Below are positions 10,810-20,231 of a stretch of DNA of 64,000 bases, piece after piece. Positions within the stretch are counted from its first letter, which is position 1, and the number at the start of each line of letters is the position of its first letter. This DNA is from an uncultured Bacteroides sp. (GTDB lineage: Bacteria > Bacillota > Clostridia > Lachnospirales > Lachnospiraceae): positions 11,967 to 75,966 of the forward strand of contig CAZRKN010000002.1 of assembly GCA_964600805.1 (NCBI GenBank), given 5' to 3'. Position numbers and translations under genes: made by a program. Under the pieces are notes generated by a model. That model did not search any database, was not told where the DNA came from, and saw nothing but the letters and a program-made list of their open reading frames with translations.

Positions 10810-11388
10810 TTAGTCAGTGGAAACATAGCCCTTGTAGACATAACCCTTAGCGCCGTCGTCCAGAAGAATGATATACCAGTTGCCATGATCCGCCAAGCCC
10901 AGATATTCATAGGTCTCTGAGGCTTTGGCGACTTTGATGACATTGCTGTTATCAGTATCAGGATTATCGCGCACATTGACATCACTTACGATGGTAAGTG
11001 TTCCGACAACCTGTTCCTGTATTTGTACTTCGGCAGTTAATGAGTTATCTTTTTCTGAATCGGTCTCAGGTTGAATGTCATTACTTTCAATATGGCTGCT
11101 CTCTGTTTCTATTCCCTGTACCACATTGTTATTATTATCATTATTGTTTCCTCTGGTATGATTAATAACCAATATAAAAATAATAGAAGCGGCAACCACT
11201 AAGATAAGTAATGCCAAAGCGGTTGACATAACTGTCATAATATCATAACCGGGCTTTTTTTTCTTTTTATTATATGTATCGTGTCTGTTTTCATTTTTTG
11301 CAGAATCTATTTTTTCGGCCTTACATCCGCATTTGCCGCAGAACTGGTCTGAATCAGGGATATCGGCTCCGCAATTTATGCATTTCAT
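10810..11388 (-). CDS. Zinc-ribbon / TM / SH3b-domain membrane protein
   Basis: CxxC...FCxxCG N-terminus, one TM helix, C-terminal VNVR...WY...GYV SH3b pattern. Confidence 0.8.
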   Translation of the reverse strand: MKCINCGADIPDSDQFCGKCGCKAEKIDSAKNENRHDTYNKKKKKPGYDIMTVMSTALALLILVVAASIIFILVINHTRGNNNDNNNNVVQGIETESSHIESNDIQPETDSEKDNSLTAEVQIQEQVVGTLTIVSDVNVRDNPDTDNSNVIKVAKASETYEYLGLADHGNWYIILLDDGAKGYVYKGYVSTD

Positions 11389-11574
11389 GGCGTGTACCTC
11401 TTATGTTTCAATATAATAAATAATATCTCAGATTATATATCAAATAAATAATATATCAGATCATAAACAAATCATAAATCAAATAATATATCAAATAATA
11501 TATCAAATATATGCCATCTTGTAAAATATTTTTTCAAAATGTTATTTTTCAATGCATTGCCTTCTTTAACTATA

Positions 11575-12354
11575 TCATGCTGTTAAATAGTTTTTCATGG
11601 TTTTCAATGCATTTTTCTCAAGACGTGAGACCTGTGCTTGTGAGATGCCTATTTTATCGGCAACCTCCATCTGAGTCTTGCCTTCAAAGAAACGCAGCGT
11701 GATAATCTCATGCTCCCTTTCTGATAGCTTTTTCATTGCTTCGCTTAAGGAAATATGCTCAACCCACACTTCCTCCTTGTTCTTCTTGTCACTTATCTGG
11801 TCCATGACATAGAGAGTATCGCCGCCATCGGTATAAATGGGCTCATACAGGCTCATGGGGCTTTGAATGGCATCCAGTGCATAAACGATATCTTCCTGGG
11901 AGATGCCGATTTCCTGAGAAATTTCATTGATTGTTGGTTCCTGTGCGTTTTTACGCATCAGATTTTCCTTGGCATAGATTGCCTTGTATGCCGTATCTTT
12001 CAGGGAGCGTGAAACACGGATGCTGTTGGAATCTCTAAGATAACGTCTGATTTCGCCGATTATCATAGGTACAGCATATGTGGAAAATTTTACATTCAGA
12101 CTGCAGTCAAAATTATCAATAGCTTTAATCAGTCCGATGCAGCCTATCTGGAAAAGGTCGTCAACATTTTCGGTGCTGGAATGGAAGCGTTTAATTACGC
12201 TTAAGACAAGGCGCAGGTTACCCTTTATATATTCTTTTCTGGCATTTTCATCACCGTCTTCAATTTTTCGGAAAAGCTCCTCTTTTTCTTCGTTTTTTAA
12301 TAATGGAAGCTTTGCCGTATTGACACCGCAGATTTCAACTTTTCCCTGAACCAT
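11575..12354 (-). CDS. sigG: Sporulation sigma factor G
   Basis: KVEICGVNTAKLPLL N-terminus, DLFQIGCIGL, SLYEPIYTDGGD. Confidence 0.97.
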   Translation of the reverse strand: MVQGKVEICGVNTAKLPLLKNEEKEELFRKIEDGDENARKEYIKGNLRLVLSVIKRFHSSTENVDDLFQIGCIGLIKAIDNFDCSLNVKFSTYAVPMIIGEIRRYLRDSNSIRVSRSLKDTAYKAIYAKENLMRKNAQEPTINEISQEIGISQEDIVYALDAIQSPMSLYEPIYTDGGDTLYVMDQISDKKNKEEVWVEHISLSEAMKKLSEREHEIITLRFFEGKTQMEVADKIGISQAQVSRLEKNALKTMKNYLTA

Positions 12355-12408
12355 GATACTTTCTCCATCCTTTATTAATCCTTTATTAGTTTGCTTTTCT
12401 CTTTCTTA

Positions 12409-12437
12409 AAGGATGTGCGAAAGTGGAGGATTTATTC
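12409..12437 (-). promoter_or_regulatory. Putative sigmaF/sigmaG promoter of sigG
   Basis: Minus strand GAATA-17 bp-CATCCTT. Confidence 0.5.
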
Positions 12438-12609
12438 ATAAATATATCGGAAAAGTTTTCCAGATTATATCAATGAGAATTATATCAATGAGAAAAATTT
12501 ACATATTTACAAATATAATTGTTTGTGATAAAATAAATAAAATAGTGAAAACCTTGTGAATTAATAAAAGTATGGGCTGTGATATGCTCAATAAAGGAGT
12601 TGAATACAT

Positions 12610-13170
12610 ATGACAGATAGTGAAAAGCTTGATTTGGTCCTTGAAAAGGTAATTAATCTTGATGAAAAAGTAATCATCCTTGATAAAAAGGTTAGCAGTC
12701 ATGATAAAAGGTTTATCAGTATTGAGAATAGGTTGGACAATCTTGATAGCAGGATGGATAGCTTTGATAGCAGGATGGATAACCTTGATAGCAGGATGGA
12801 TAGCTTTGATAGCAGGATGGATAACCTTGATAGCAGGATGGATAACCTTGATAGCAGGATGGATAGCCTTGATAGCAGGATGGATAGCCTTGATAGCAGG
12901 ATGGATAACCTTGATAGCAGGGTAGATAGCATTGATAGTAAGGTAGGTAATATTGAAAATGATTTACAGGAAGTAAAGCAAAGAGTAATAAAAACCGAGA
13001 TTATCATCGAAAATGAAATTCAACCTAATATCATGCGTATAGCCGAAGGGCATCTTGATTTATCAAGAAAACTGGATGATTATATAAAGATTGTCAGCGA
13101 TGTTCAGGCTAAGCAGGAAGTACAAGATATATACATCAAGATGCATGATGCTAAGCTAAAAGCGATGTAA
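12610..13170 (+). CDS. Coiled-coil protein with heptad tandem repeats, unknown function
   Basis: RBS AAGGAG; (L/F)DSRMD(S/N) heptad x10. Confidence 0.8.
   Translation: MTDSEKLDLVLEKVINLDEKVIILDKKVSSHDKRFISIENRLDNLDSRMDSFDSRMDNLDSRMDSFDSRMDNLDSRMDNLDSRMDSLDSRMDSLDSRMDNLDSRVDSIDSKVGNIENDLQEVKQRVIKTEIIIENEIQPNIMRIAEGHLDLSRKLDDYIKIVSDVQAKQEVQDIYIKMHDAKLKAM
12742..12951 (+). repeat. 21-bp tandem repeat, about 10 copies (coding VNTR)
   Basis: TTGATAGCAGG recurs every 21 bp from 12743 to 12911; degenerate copy at 12932. Confidence 0.95.
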
Positions 13171-13175
13171 TGAAT

Positions 13176-13209
13176 AAAGGGGCTATACACTAAGTGCAGT
13201 CCCTTTTTT
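13176..13209 (+). terminator. Terminator after coiled-coil gene
   Basis: AAAGGGGCT...AGTCCCTTTTTT. Confidence 0.65.
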
Positions 13210-13317
13210 ATGTAAAAAATAAAATTTCTCAACACTTCCATTTTTTCATTCGTCTTATATATGAAAGGCAGAAGACAGCATTTTGCAGTTTTATATTGAA
13301 AAAACGGAGGAACTATA

Positions 13318-14898
13318 ATGAAATCCAAGGAACTTAAGAAATACCCGCTTCAAATTGTCATGATGATCCTTACATTCATAATAAATATATCACTTCCTCT
13401 TCTATTCGGCTATCTGATAGATAATATCCTCATAAGCGGAAACTTTAATCTGTTGAGTAAATGGTTTGCGGTTACTTTTTCGGTGACCGTAACAGGCATG
13501 ATAATGAATTTTTTCTTTATTAGTTACAACCCTGTTAAAATCGGAATACAGAATGCATTTAAGCTTCAGAAACAGTCGCTTAAGTGTGTTTTGAAAATAA
13601 GTCAGGCTCTTTATTCCAAGAGGGATAAGGGATATTACTTTAACATCTGTGAAAACAGCAGTTGCTCCTACGGTGACCTGCATGAGGAACTGAATCTGAA
13701 TATGGTCAGTAATCTGATTTACATAGCGGCTATGCTGGCATTTATTACATATGTCAATGTAGTCTTTGGAATATTTTTTACAGTTTACGGAGTAGTGCTG
13801 GTACTTATCTGTTTTATTGGTTCCAAACCGCTTTTTAATATGCAGAGGGATGTTTTGGAGGTTCAGGATGATTACATGATGGATATGCGTAATATTATTG
13901 AGAATAAGGTATGCATAAATGCTCTGCACACAGAAGGATTTTTTAATGACAGATTCAATAAAAGTACAGTAAAATATGAAAAATATATTTTAAGGTACCG
14001 TTTTTTTGACTATTTATGTCATTATCTTCCCGACATAGCCAATCAGGTATGCAACGTGGCGTTTTTATTCATTGCGGCTATACTCGTCATGAATGGAAAG
14101 ATAACCGCAGGAATCCTCGTGATGGGATATCAGTATATGGGATATTTTGCTACGCCTATCGCTACCGTATGCGCAATTGTGGTGCGGTATCGTTCAAACA
14201 AACCGCATATTGAACGGGTGGACGAACTGGAAGAAGAAGCCGGAATGGGTAAGGAGAATGAAGCTTTCAAGAATGAAGAAACTTTAGGAATCGAAGGTTC
14301 ACTGATTATGAAGGCGGAGAACTTTGATTTATATAAAGGCTCAGAGAAAGAGGACTTTTTATATCATATTGATAAAATGGAGCTGAAAAGGAACGGATTG
14401 TATGTAATCAAGGGCGAAAACGGAAGCGGAAAGAGTATGCTGCTTAATCTGATGCTTGGAAATGTCAGTCCGGCGGATTCAAAGGGCAGCATATCGGTGG
14501 CAGGGGACATAGACAATACTGTCATGCTGACCTACCCGTTTTTTGCAATAAACGGAAGTTTTACAGAGAATCTGTACGGAATTGAGGCAGATAATGAGCT
14601 TGCCAAGATGCTGCGGGTTGATTTTAATGATAAGGAAATTACGGGGAATCCTGTTAATCTGAGTTATGGACAGCAGCAGAAACTCGCTCTGATGAGGGTA
14701 TTTGGATGCGATGCGTCGATTCTGTTCCTGGATGAGCCACTATCCAACCTTGATAATGAAACGCAGGAAAAGGTGGTTCGGTACATAGCAGGGCTTAAAG
14801 GAAGTAAAAGCATGCTTGTGGTTATGCACAGCGATGAACTTGATGAAATTGCTGACGGCATAATTACCATACAGGATAAGCGGATGAGTATGGCATAA
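13318..14898 (+). CDS. ABC exporter, fused TMD-NBD
   Basis: N-terminal TM helices; GENGSGKS, LSYGQ, ILFLDE, H-loop VMH. Confidence 0.85.
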   Translation: MKSKELKKYPLQIVMMILTFIINISLPLLFGYLIDNILISGNFNLLSKWFAVTFSVTVTGMIMNFFFISYNPVKIGIQNAFKLQKQSLKCVLKISQALYSKRDKGYYFNICENSSCSYGDLHEELNLNMVSNLIYIAAMLAFITYVNVVFGIFFTVYGVVLVLICFIGSKPLFNMQRDVLEVQDDYMMDMRNIIENKVCINALHTEGFFNDRFNKSTVKYEKYILRYRFFDYLCHYLPDIANQVCNVAFLFIAAILVMNGKITAGILVMGYQYMGYFATPIATVCAIVVRYRSNKPHIERVDELEEEAGMGKENEAFKNEETLGIEGSLIMKAENFDLYKGSEKEDFLYHIDKMELKRNGLYVIKGENGSGKSMLLNLMLGNVSPADSKGSISVAGDIDNTVMLTYPFFAINGSFTENLYGIEADNELAKMLRVDFNDKEITGNPVNLSYGQQQKLALMRVFGCDASILFLDEPLSNLDNETQEKVVRYIAGLKGSKSMLVVMHSDELDEIADGIITIQDKRMSMA

Positions 14899-14969
14899 AT
14901 ATAGGTATTCAGGAACAATCCCCGACATTCTGCATTTAATAATAAAAAGAGCAGAATATCGGGGATTGT

Positions 14970-15206
14970 ATGCTGTTTTCGGATTTTAAGAAAAAAGAAG
15001 TAATTAATTTGAAGAACTGCGAGAAGCTTGGCAGAGTAACTGATTTCGAGTTCGATGAATGTACCGGTCAGATTTTTAAGCTTATCATAGGCGGGGGCAA
15101 TAAGCTGTGTGGGCTGCTTTGCAGCGAGCCTGATTGTGTGATTTGTTATAAAGATATCAAACAGATAGGACCGGATATCATTATCGTGGACATATGCAGG
15201 AAATAA
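14970..15206 (+). CDS. ylmC: YlmC/YmxH family sporulation PRC-barrel protein
   Basis: KEVINL...KLGRVTD...IGPDIIIV; synteny with sigG and nrdR. Confidence 0.88.
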   Translation: MLFSDFKKKEVINLKNCEKLGRVTDFEFDECTGQIFKLIIGGGNKLCGLLCSEPDCVICYKDIKQIGPDIIIVDICRK

Positions 15207-15216
15207 ATCAAGACAG

Positions 15217-15245
15217 TTGCCAATAAAGTGCATGTTTTGTATAAT
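15217..15245 (+). promoter_or_regulatory. Putative sigmaA promoter upstream of the 117-bp repeats and kinase gene
   Basis: TTGCCA-17 bp-TATAAT. Confidence 0.6.
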
Positions 15246-15256
15246 ATAATAACAGC

Positions 15257-15529
15257 AAAAGAAAAACAAGCGACGCGAAGCGGCATTTGTTTTTCTTGCG
15301 TTATTAATGAGCAAACGTCCGATGAAAACGGACAGGAAGCGCGATAGCGCGGGTTTGCGAATTTGGATACAGAAAAAGAAAAACAAGCGACGCGAAGCGG
15401 CATTTGTTTTTCTTGCGTTATTAATGAGCAAACGTCCGATGAAAACGGACAGGAAGCGCGATAGCGCGGGTTTGCGAATTTGGATACAGAAAAAGAAAAA
15501 CAAGCGACGCGAAGCGGCATTTGTTTTTC
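15257..15529. repeat. 117-bp tandem repeat: 2 full units plus a third 35-bp palindrome
   Basis: GAAAAACAAGCGACGCGAAGCGGCATTTGTTTTTC at 15261, 15378 and 15495, with identical 82-bp intervening segments. Confidence 0.95.
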
Positions 15530-15545
15530 ATGGACAGGTGGGAAT

Positions 15546-17717
15546 ATGCATAGCATTTTATTGGGACTGCAGATTGCAGCAGTCTTTAGTTCTTTTATAA
15601 TTATAGTGGCTATTGGATTGGAAAAGCCGTCTAAGACGCAGCTGTTTTTGTTACTTGCCAGCATAGCCTCATTTTTGGATGGGTTAGGCTATTGCTTCGA
15701 ACTTGCGGCTAAAACGGAAGATGCGGCAATACTCGCAATAAAAATAGAGTATTTGGGCTTAGTGTTTATGATTCCGTTTTTAGTCATGTTTATGGCGAGA
15801 TGCTGTCACTATGATATACATAATGCGGTAAAGATATTTTTTATGATATTTGCGGGCTCTGTTTATGCGCTGGTGTCCACTGTGGAGAAGCATCCCTTTT
15901 TTTACAGCAGTTATTATTTTGATGCAGAAGCCGAGCTTCCGCACATTGTCAGCGTGAAGACCCCGGTTTACTATATTTTCCTTGCCTATAATGCAATACT
16001 TATGGTAATACAGGTCGCTATGGCCGTAAAATATTATCGTGATAATAAGGAAAGAGACGGAAAGGGCGTTCTGCTTGTGGGAATGGCATTTCTGCTCCCT
16101 ATAGCGGCTGTAGTAATTATTATAGCTTTTTTCGGAGTGCCGTACGGATACGACCCTGTGCCAATCAGCCAACAGTTAGCGAGCATATGGATTTTTATTA
16201 TGGTTGTACGAAACCGTATCTTTGATTCCGAACAGATGGCGAAAGATGACATTGTTGTCAGTATTAAAGAAGGCTACTGCGTCGTTGACCTGAATAAAAG
16301 AATGCTTTTTAAAAATGAAATTGCTGACAGTATGTTCCCTGAGCTTATGGAGGAAGAGACACAAGCTCAGACGGTTGACATGCTGTTTTCCAACGATAAG
16401 GAAACTCTTACTGTCGGGGATAAAAAGATTTTCATCAATTTGCAGCCTTTTTACGACAAGGATAAATTAAAAGGCTACACAGTCTGGATGCATGACAAAA
16501 CGGATGACTACGCGTATACGCAGAAGCTTATAGAACTGAAAGAGCAGGCGGAGAGCGCCAATCGCGCCAAATCGGTATTCCTTGCCAATATGTCACATGA
16601 AATCAGAACGCCGATGAATGCGATTCTGGGAATGTCGGATTTGATCCTTAGGGAAAATCTCTCGGAAGGTGCAAGGGATAATGCGGTAAATATACAAAGC
16701 GCGGGAAAGACGCTTTTAAGCATAATTAATGACATTCTGGACTTTTCCAAGATAGAAACAGGCAAAATGGAGATAACTCCGGTCAACTACCGTGTTGCCG
16801 ATATGATTCATAATATAGAAAGCATGATGGCTGTAAGGGTAAAAGAGCGGCATCTTAAGCTGCTAATTGAAATGCAGGAAAATACTCCTTCAGAGCTTTA
16901 CGGTGACGAGATGCGTATCAGGCAGATTTTAATCAATCTGCTCAATAACGCAGTAAAATTTACGACAGAAGGTTATGTGAAACTGCGTGTATGGGGCGAA
17001 ACTACGAATGGACAGTTCAGATTATATGCCGCTGTGGAAGATTCTGGCTGTGGAATCAAGGAAGAGAACCTGTCTCAAATTTTTAACAGCTATGAGAGGG
17101 TAGACCTTGTGAGAAACCGTACCATAGAAGGAACCGGCCTCGGTCTTGCAATCAGCAGAAGACTGGTGGAAAACATGGGCGGAATGATTTCGGTAGAGAG
17201 TACATACGGAAAAGGAAGCACTTTTACATTTTACGTCGTTCAGGATATTGTAAATTCGGAGCCTGTTGGTCCGTGGGAAAAGACCGGAATACAAAAGAAG
17301 CGTGAAACTGCAGGGGAACGTTTCAGGGCGCCTGAGGCACAGGTTTTGGTTGTGGATGATACCAAGATTAATCTGAAGGTTGCAGTCGGATTATTAAAAA
17401 CATTGGAAATTGTAGCAGACACGGCATTAAGCGGTGTGGAGTGTTTGGAAAAAATAAAAGAGAAAAGATACGATATCATTTTTATGGACCATATGATGCC
17501 GGAAATGGACGGAATTGAAACAACTAAGAAAATACGGGAAATGGAAGGTGAATATTATAAAAACGTACCTGTCATCGCTCTGACGGCAAATGCGGTGAAC
17601 GGTGCCAAGGAGATGTTCTTAAGCTCAGGTTTTCAGGGATTTGTGTCCAAGCCGATTGATATGGATGAACTGCGTGGCTGCATTAAGGAGTATGCGGGGG
17701 ATAAAATTATAGCTTAG
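15546..17717 (+). CDS. Hybrid histidine kinase (7TM sensor, HisKA, HATPase, REC)
   Basis: [42 protein letters not shown]; the ORF-track start at 15480 lies inside the repeat, so ATG 15546 is preferred. Confidence 0.9.
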   Translation: MHSILLGLQIAAVFSSFIIIVAIGLEKPSKTQLFLLLASIASFLDGLGYCFELAAKTEDAAILAIKIEYLGLVFMIPFLVMFMARCCHYDIHNAVKIFFMIFAGSVYALVSTVEKHPFFYSSYYFDAEAELPHIVSVKTPVYYIFLAYNAILMVIQVAMAVKYYRDNKERDGKGVLLVGMAFLLPIAAVVIIIAFFGVPYGYDPVPISQQLASIWIFIMVVRNRIFDSEQMAKDDIVVSIKEGYCVVDLNKRMLFKNEIADSMFPELMEEETQAQTVDMLFSNDKETLTVGDKKIFINLQPFYDKDKLKGYTVWMHDKTDDYAYTQKLIELKEQAESANRAKSVFLANMSHEIRTPMNAILGMSDLILRENLSEGARDNAVNIQSAGKTLLSIINDILDFSKIETGKMEITPVNYRVADMIHNIESMMAVRVKERHLKLLIEMQENTPSELYGDEMRIRQILINLLNNAVKFTTEGYVKLRVWGETTNGQFRLYAAVEDSGCGIKEENLSQIFNSYERVDLVRNRTIEGTGLGLAISRRLVENMGGMISVESTYGKGSTFTFYVVQDIVNSEPVGPWEKTGIQKKRETAGERFRAPEAQVLVVDDTKINLKVAVGLLKTLEIVADTALSGVECLEKIKEKRYDIIFMDHMMPEMDGIETTKKIREMEGEYYKNVPVIALTANAVNGAKEMFLSSGFQGFVSKPIDMDELRGCIKEYAGDKIIA

Positions 17718-17807
17718 GTTTTGCGTGCAAATGAACTTTATCGCGCATTAATAATCAGGCATGCTTTTGTGGTTGGCAGAGAAGTAAATGAAAATTAATT
17801 AAATCAG

Positions 17808-17836
17808 TTGACATAAAAATTTTTATATGGGATAAT
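17808..17836 (+). promoter_or_regulatory. Putative sigmaA promoter of the nrdR region
   Basis: TTGACA-17 bp-GATAAT with TG extended -10. Confidence 0.6.
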
Positions 17837-17876
17837 ACTTTTATACTAAATACAAAATAAGCAGGGGGTTATCCGA

Positions 17877-18347
17877 ATGAAGTGTCCATATTGTGGTCAT
17901 GAAAATACTAGGGTTATCGACAGCAGACCGGCTGAAGATAATAATTCGATTAGAAGAAGGCGCGTGTGCGACGAGTGCGATAAGCGCTTTACGACATATG
18001 AAAAGATTGAGACGATTCCGCTCATTGTTATTAAGAAGGACAACAACAGGGAGACATACGACAGATCCAAGATAGAAGCAGGCGTACTTCGCGCATGCCA
18101 CAAAAGACCGATCAGCGCTAACAGAATCAATCAGCTTATAGACGAAGTTGAGACAGAAATTTTCGCTATGGAAGAGAAGGAAATTTCAAGTCAGGTAATC
18201 GGCGAACTGGTTATGAATAAGCTGAAGGACTTAGAGGCGGTTGCCTATGTCAGATTTGCTTCGGTCAACCGTGAATTCAAGGATGTCAATACATTTATGG
18301 ATGAATTGGAAAAATTCCTTAATACTTCAGAGAAGAAGAAAGGGTAG
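17877..18347 (+). CDS. nrdR: Transcriptional repressor NrdR
   Basis: MKCPYC...RRRRVCDECDKRFTTYE, ATP-cone VIKKD, AYVRFASV. Confidence 0.97.
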   Translation: MKCPYCGHENTRVIDSRPAEDNNSIRRRRVCDECDKRFTTYEKIETIPLIVIKKDNNRETYDRSKIEAGVLRACHKRPISANRINQLIDEVETEIFAMEEKEISSQVIGELVMNKLKDLEAVAYVRFASVNREFKDVNTFMDELEKFLNTSEKKKG

Positions 18348-18380
18348 ATTGCAGGTTGAGAAAGGGGCAGGGGTATCGAT

Positions 18381-18650
18381 ATGACCGATAAGGAAAAAGA
18401 AATCGTAGGCAGAGCCAGCGTACCGATGAATATTGCCAATGCGCTTCGTTTATTTTTCATGACAATAGCATTGCTGCTTTTGTTGTTAATTTTTTTCGGC
18501 GGCAAATTCTTAGGCGGTGTGGCATGGTATGAGACATTTGTACAGCATTCATATACTTTCCTGTTCTGGGATATCATGCTTATGCTGATATGTACGATAG
18601 CAAGAATTATTTTTACGGCAAGATATAATCATATAGTTAAAAATCTGTAG
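18381..18650 (+). CDS. Small two-TM hypothetical protein
   Basis: RBS-like AGGGG; two hydrophobic segments. Confidence 0.65.
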   Translation: MTDKEKEIVGRASVPMNIANALRLFFMTIALLLLLLIFFGGKFLGGVAWYETFVQHSYTFLFWDIMLMLICTIARIIFTARYNHIVKNL

Positions 18651-18772
18651 AGACGGAATGTCAGAATTGGAGAACGATATTTTAAATATTACAGCGGAGT
18701 CCTTACGGGCTCCGTTTAACTAATCAAAGCCATAAGTATTGCAGGCTGTTGGCAGCATGGAGGATTATAATA

Positions 18773-19312
18773 ATGTTTGGACGTTTTTATCCGGATGTGT
18801 ATCTGGAATCTGCATATGATATAGATTATGAAGCATTATACGGGCAGGGGTATCGCGGAATTATCTTCGATATTGACAATACGCTTGTTCCACACGGCGC
18901 TCCGGCTGATGATAGAAGTATTGCGCTTTTTGAAAGACTGCGGGGTATCGGATATGAAAGCATGCTGTTATCTAACAACAAGGAACCGCGCGTCAGGACA
19001 TTTAACGATAAGGTGCATTCGCGCTACATCTATAAGGCGAATAAACCTTTTCCTGAAAGCTACTTAAGGGCAATGGAGTTGATGGGCACTACACCGTCAA
19101 CTACTTTGTTTGTAGGAGACCAGCTTTTTACGGATGTGTGGGGCGCCAAAAAAGCCGGAATCAGGACATATCTTACCAAGCCGATTCATCCTAAGGAGGA
19201 AATACAGATTGTATTAAAGCGGTATCTGGAAAGAATAGTGTTGTTTTTTTATAAAAGAAAGTGTAAAGTGAAAAATAAAAGTGCGCAGGATAGTAGGAAA
19301 GACGTATATTGA
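18773..19312 (+). CDS. yqeG: YqeG family HAD IIIA phosphatase
   Basis: FDIDNTL, LLSNN, KP, VGDQLFTDV; RBS GGAGG before ATG 18773. Confidence 0.9.
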   Translation: MFGRFYPDVYLESAYDIDYEALYGQGYRGIIFDIDNTLVPHGAPADDRSIALFERLRGIGYESMLLSNNKEPRVRTFNDKVHSRYIYKANKPFPESYLRAMELMGTTPSTTLFVGDQLFTDVWGAKKAGIRTYLTKPIHPKEEIQIVLKRYLERIVLFFYKRKCKVKNKSAQDSRKDVY

Positions 19313-19338
19313 CTGGTATAAATTGGAGGAACCCGATT

Positions 19339-20208
19339 ATGGAAATGATTGACGGAAAAACAAGAACTTGCGGTCTGATTGGCAATCCGGTGGAACATAC
19401 GATGTCGCCGGCAATACATAATACATTGGCTAAGAAATGCGGACACAATCTGGTCTATGTGCCTTTTCCGGTAGAAGAGGGACAAGTGGCGGATGCGGTA
19501 AAAGGCGCCTATGCGCTGAATATTCTGGGACTTAACGTAACCGTTCCCTATAAAAGCGAAGTTATAAAAAGTCTTGTGGAAGTGGATGAGCTGGCAGCTA
19601 AGATTGGAGCGGTCAATACCCTGGTCCGCACACAGGGAGGATATAAGGGCTGCAATACGGATATGAGCGGTCTGCAGCGCGCGATGGAGAGCGAGGGCAT
19701 TTGTATAGAGGGAGAAGAAATCATACTTCTTGGAGCCGGCGGAGCGTCGAGGGCAGTCGCATACTTATGCGCATCGAAGAAAGCCAAGAAAGTCTATATG
19801 CTCAATAGGACGTTTGAAAAGGCGCAGAAAGTAGCCGAAGAGGTTAATAAAGCTTTTGAATGCGGAATAATCGTTCCGATGCTGTTATCAGACTATCCGA
19901 AGCTTCCTGACGGAAAGTTTCTTACGATACAGGGAACTTCTGTGGGGCTTGCACCAAATGAAAATGAGGCAGTCATTGAAGACACCGCTTTCTATCAGAA
20001 GGTACATACAGGTTTTGATTTAGTTTACAGACCGTTTACGACACGCTTCATGAAATTGGTAAAAGAGGCGGGCGGTCAGGCATATAACGGGCTGAAAATG
20101 CTTCTGTATCAGGGCGTCAACGCATATGAGCTGTGGAATCAGGTGGAAATAAGCGATAAAGAAGCTGACGCGGTATATGAAAAGTTGAAATCAGAGATGG
20201 GGCTATAG
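19339..20208 (+). CDS. aroE: Shikimate dehydrogenase
   Basis: GNPVEHTMSP, NVTVPYK, GAVNT, NTD, GAGGA, GLKML; RBS GGAGG before ATG 19339. Confidence 0.95.
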   Translation: MEMIDGKTRTCGLIGNPVEHTMSPAIHNTLAKKCGHNLVYVPFPVEEGQVADAVKGAYALNILGLNVTVPYKSEVIKSLVEVDELAAKIGAVNTLVRTQGGYKGCNTDMSGLQRAMESEGICIEGEEIILLGAGGASRAVAYLCASKKAKKVYMLNRTFEKAQKVAEEVNKAFECGIIVPMLLSDYPKLPDGKFLTIQGTSVGLAPNENEAVIEDTAFYQKVHTGFDLVYRPFTTRFMKLVKEAGGQAYNGLKMLLYQGVNAYELWNQVEISDKEADAVYEKLKSEMGL

Positions 20209-20231
20209 CACAGAAGGGAAAGGAATAATCT

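Noticed and set aside
12680-13007. Alternative-frame repeat ORFs (LIAGWI..., LLSRLSI...)
   Set aside because: By-products of the 21-bp repeat; only 12610-13170 has an RBS and non-repeat flanks.
15305-15365. c-di-GMP-I riboswitch or hammerhead ribozyme in the 117-bp unit
   Set aside because: GCAAAC...GAAA...GAC is only superficially similar, with no tetraloop-receptor arm; CCGATGA is not the CUGAUGA core. A cmscan would settle it.
15257-15529. CRISPR array
   Set aside because: The intervening segments are identical and 82 bp long, and there are no cas genes in the window.
15146-15664. ORFs over the 117-bp repeat (14664-15503, 15146-15664, 15307-15600) and the kinase start at 15480
   Set aside because: The frames stay open because 117 is divisible by 3; they overlap real genes and show no recognisable motifs.
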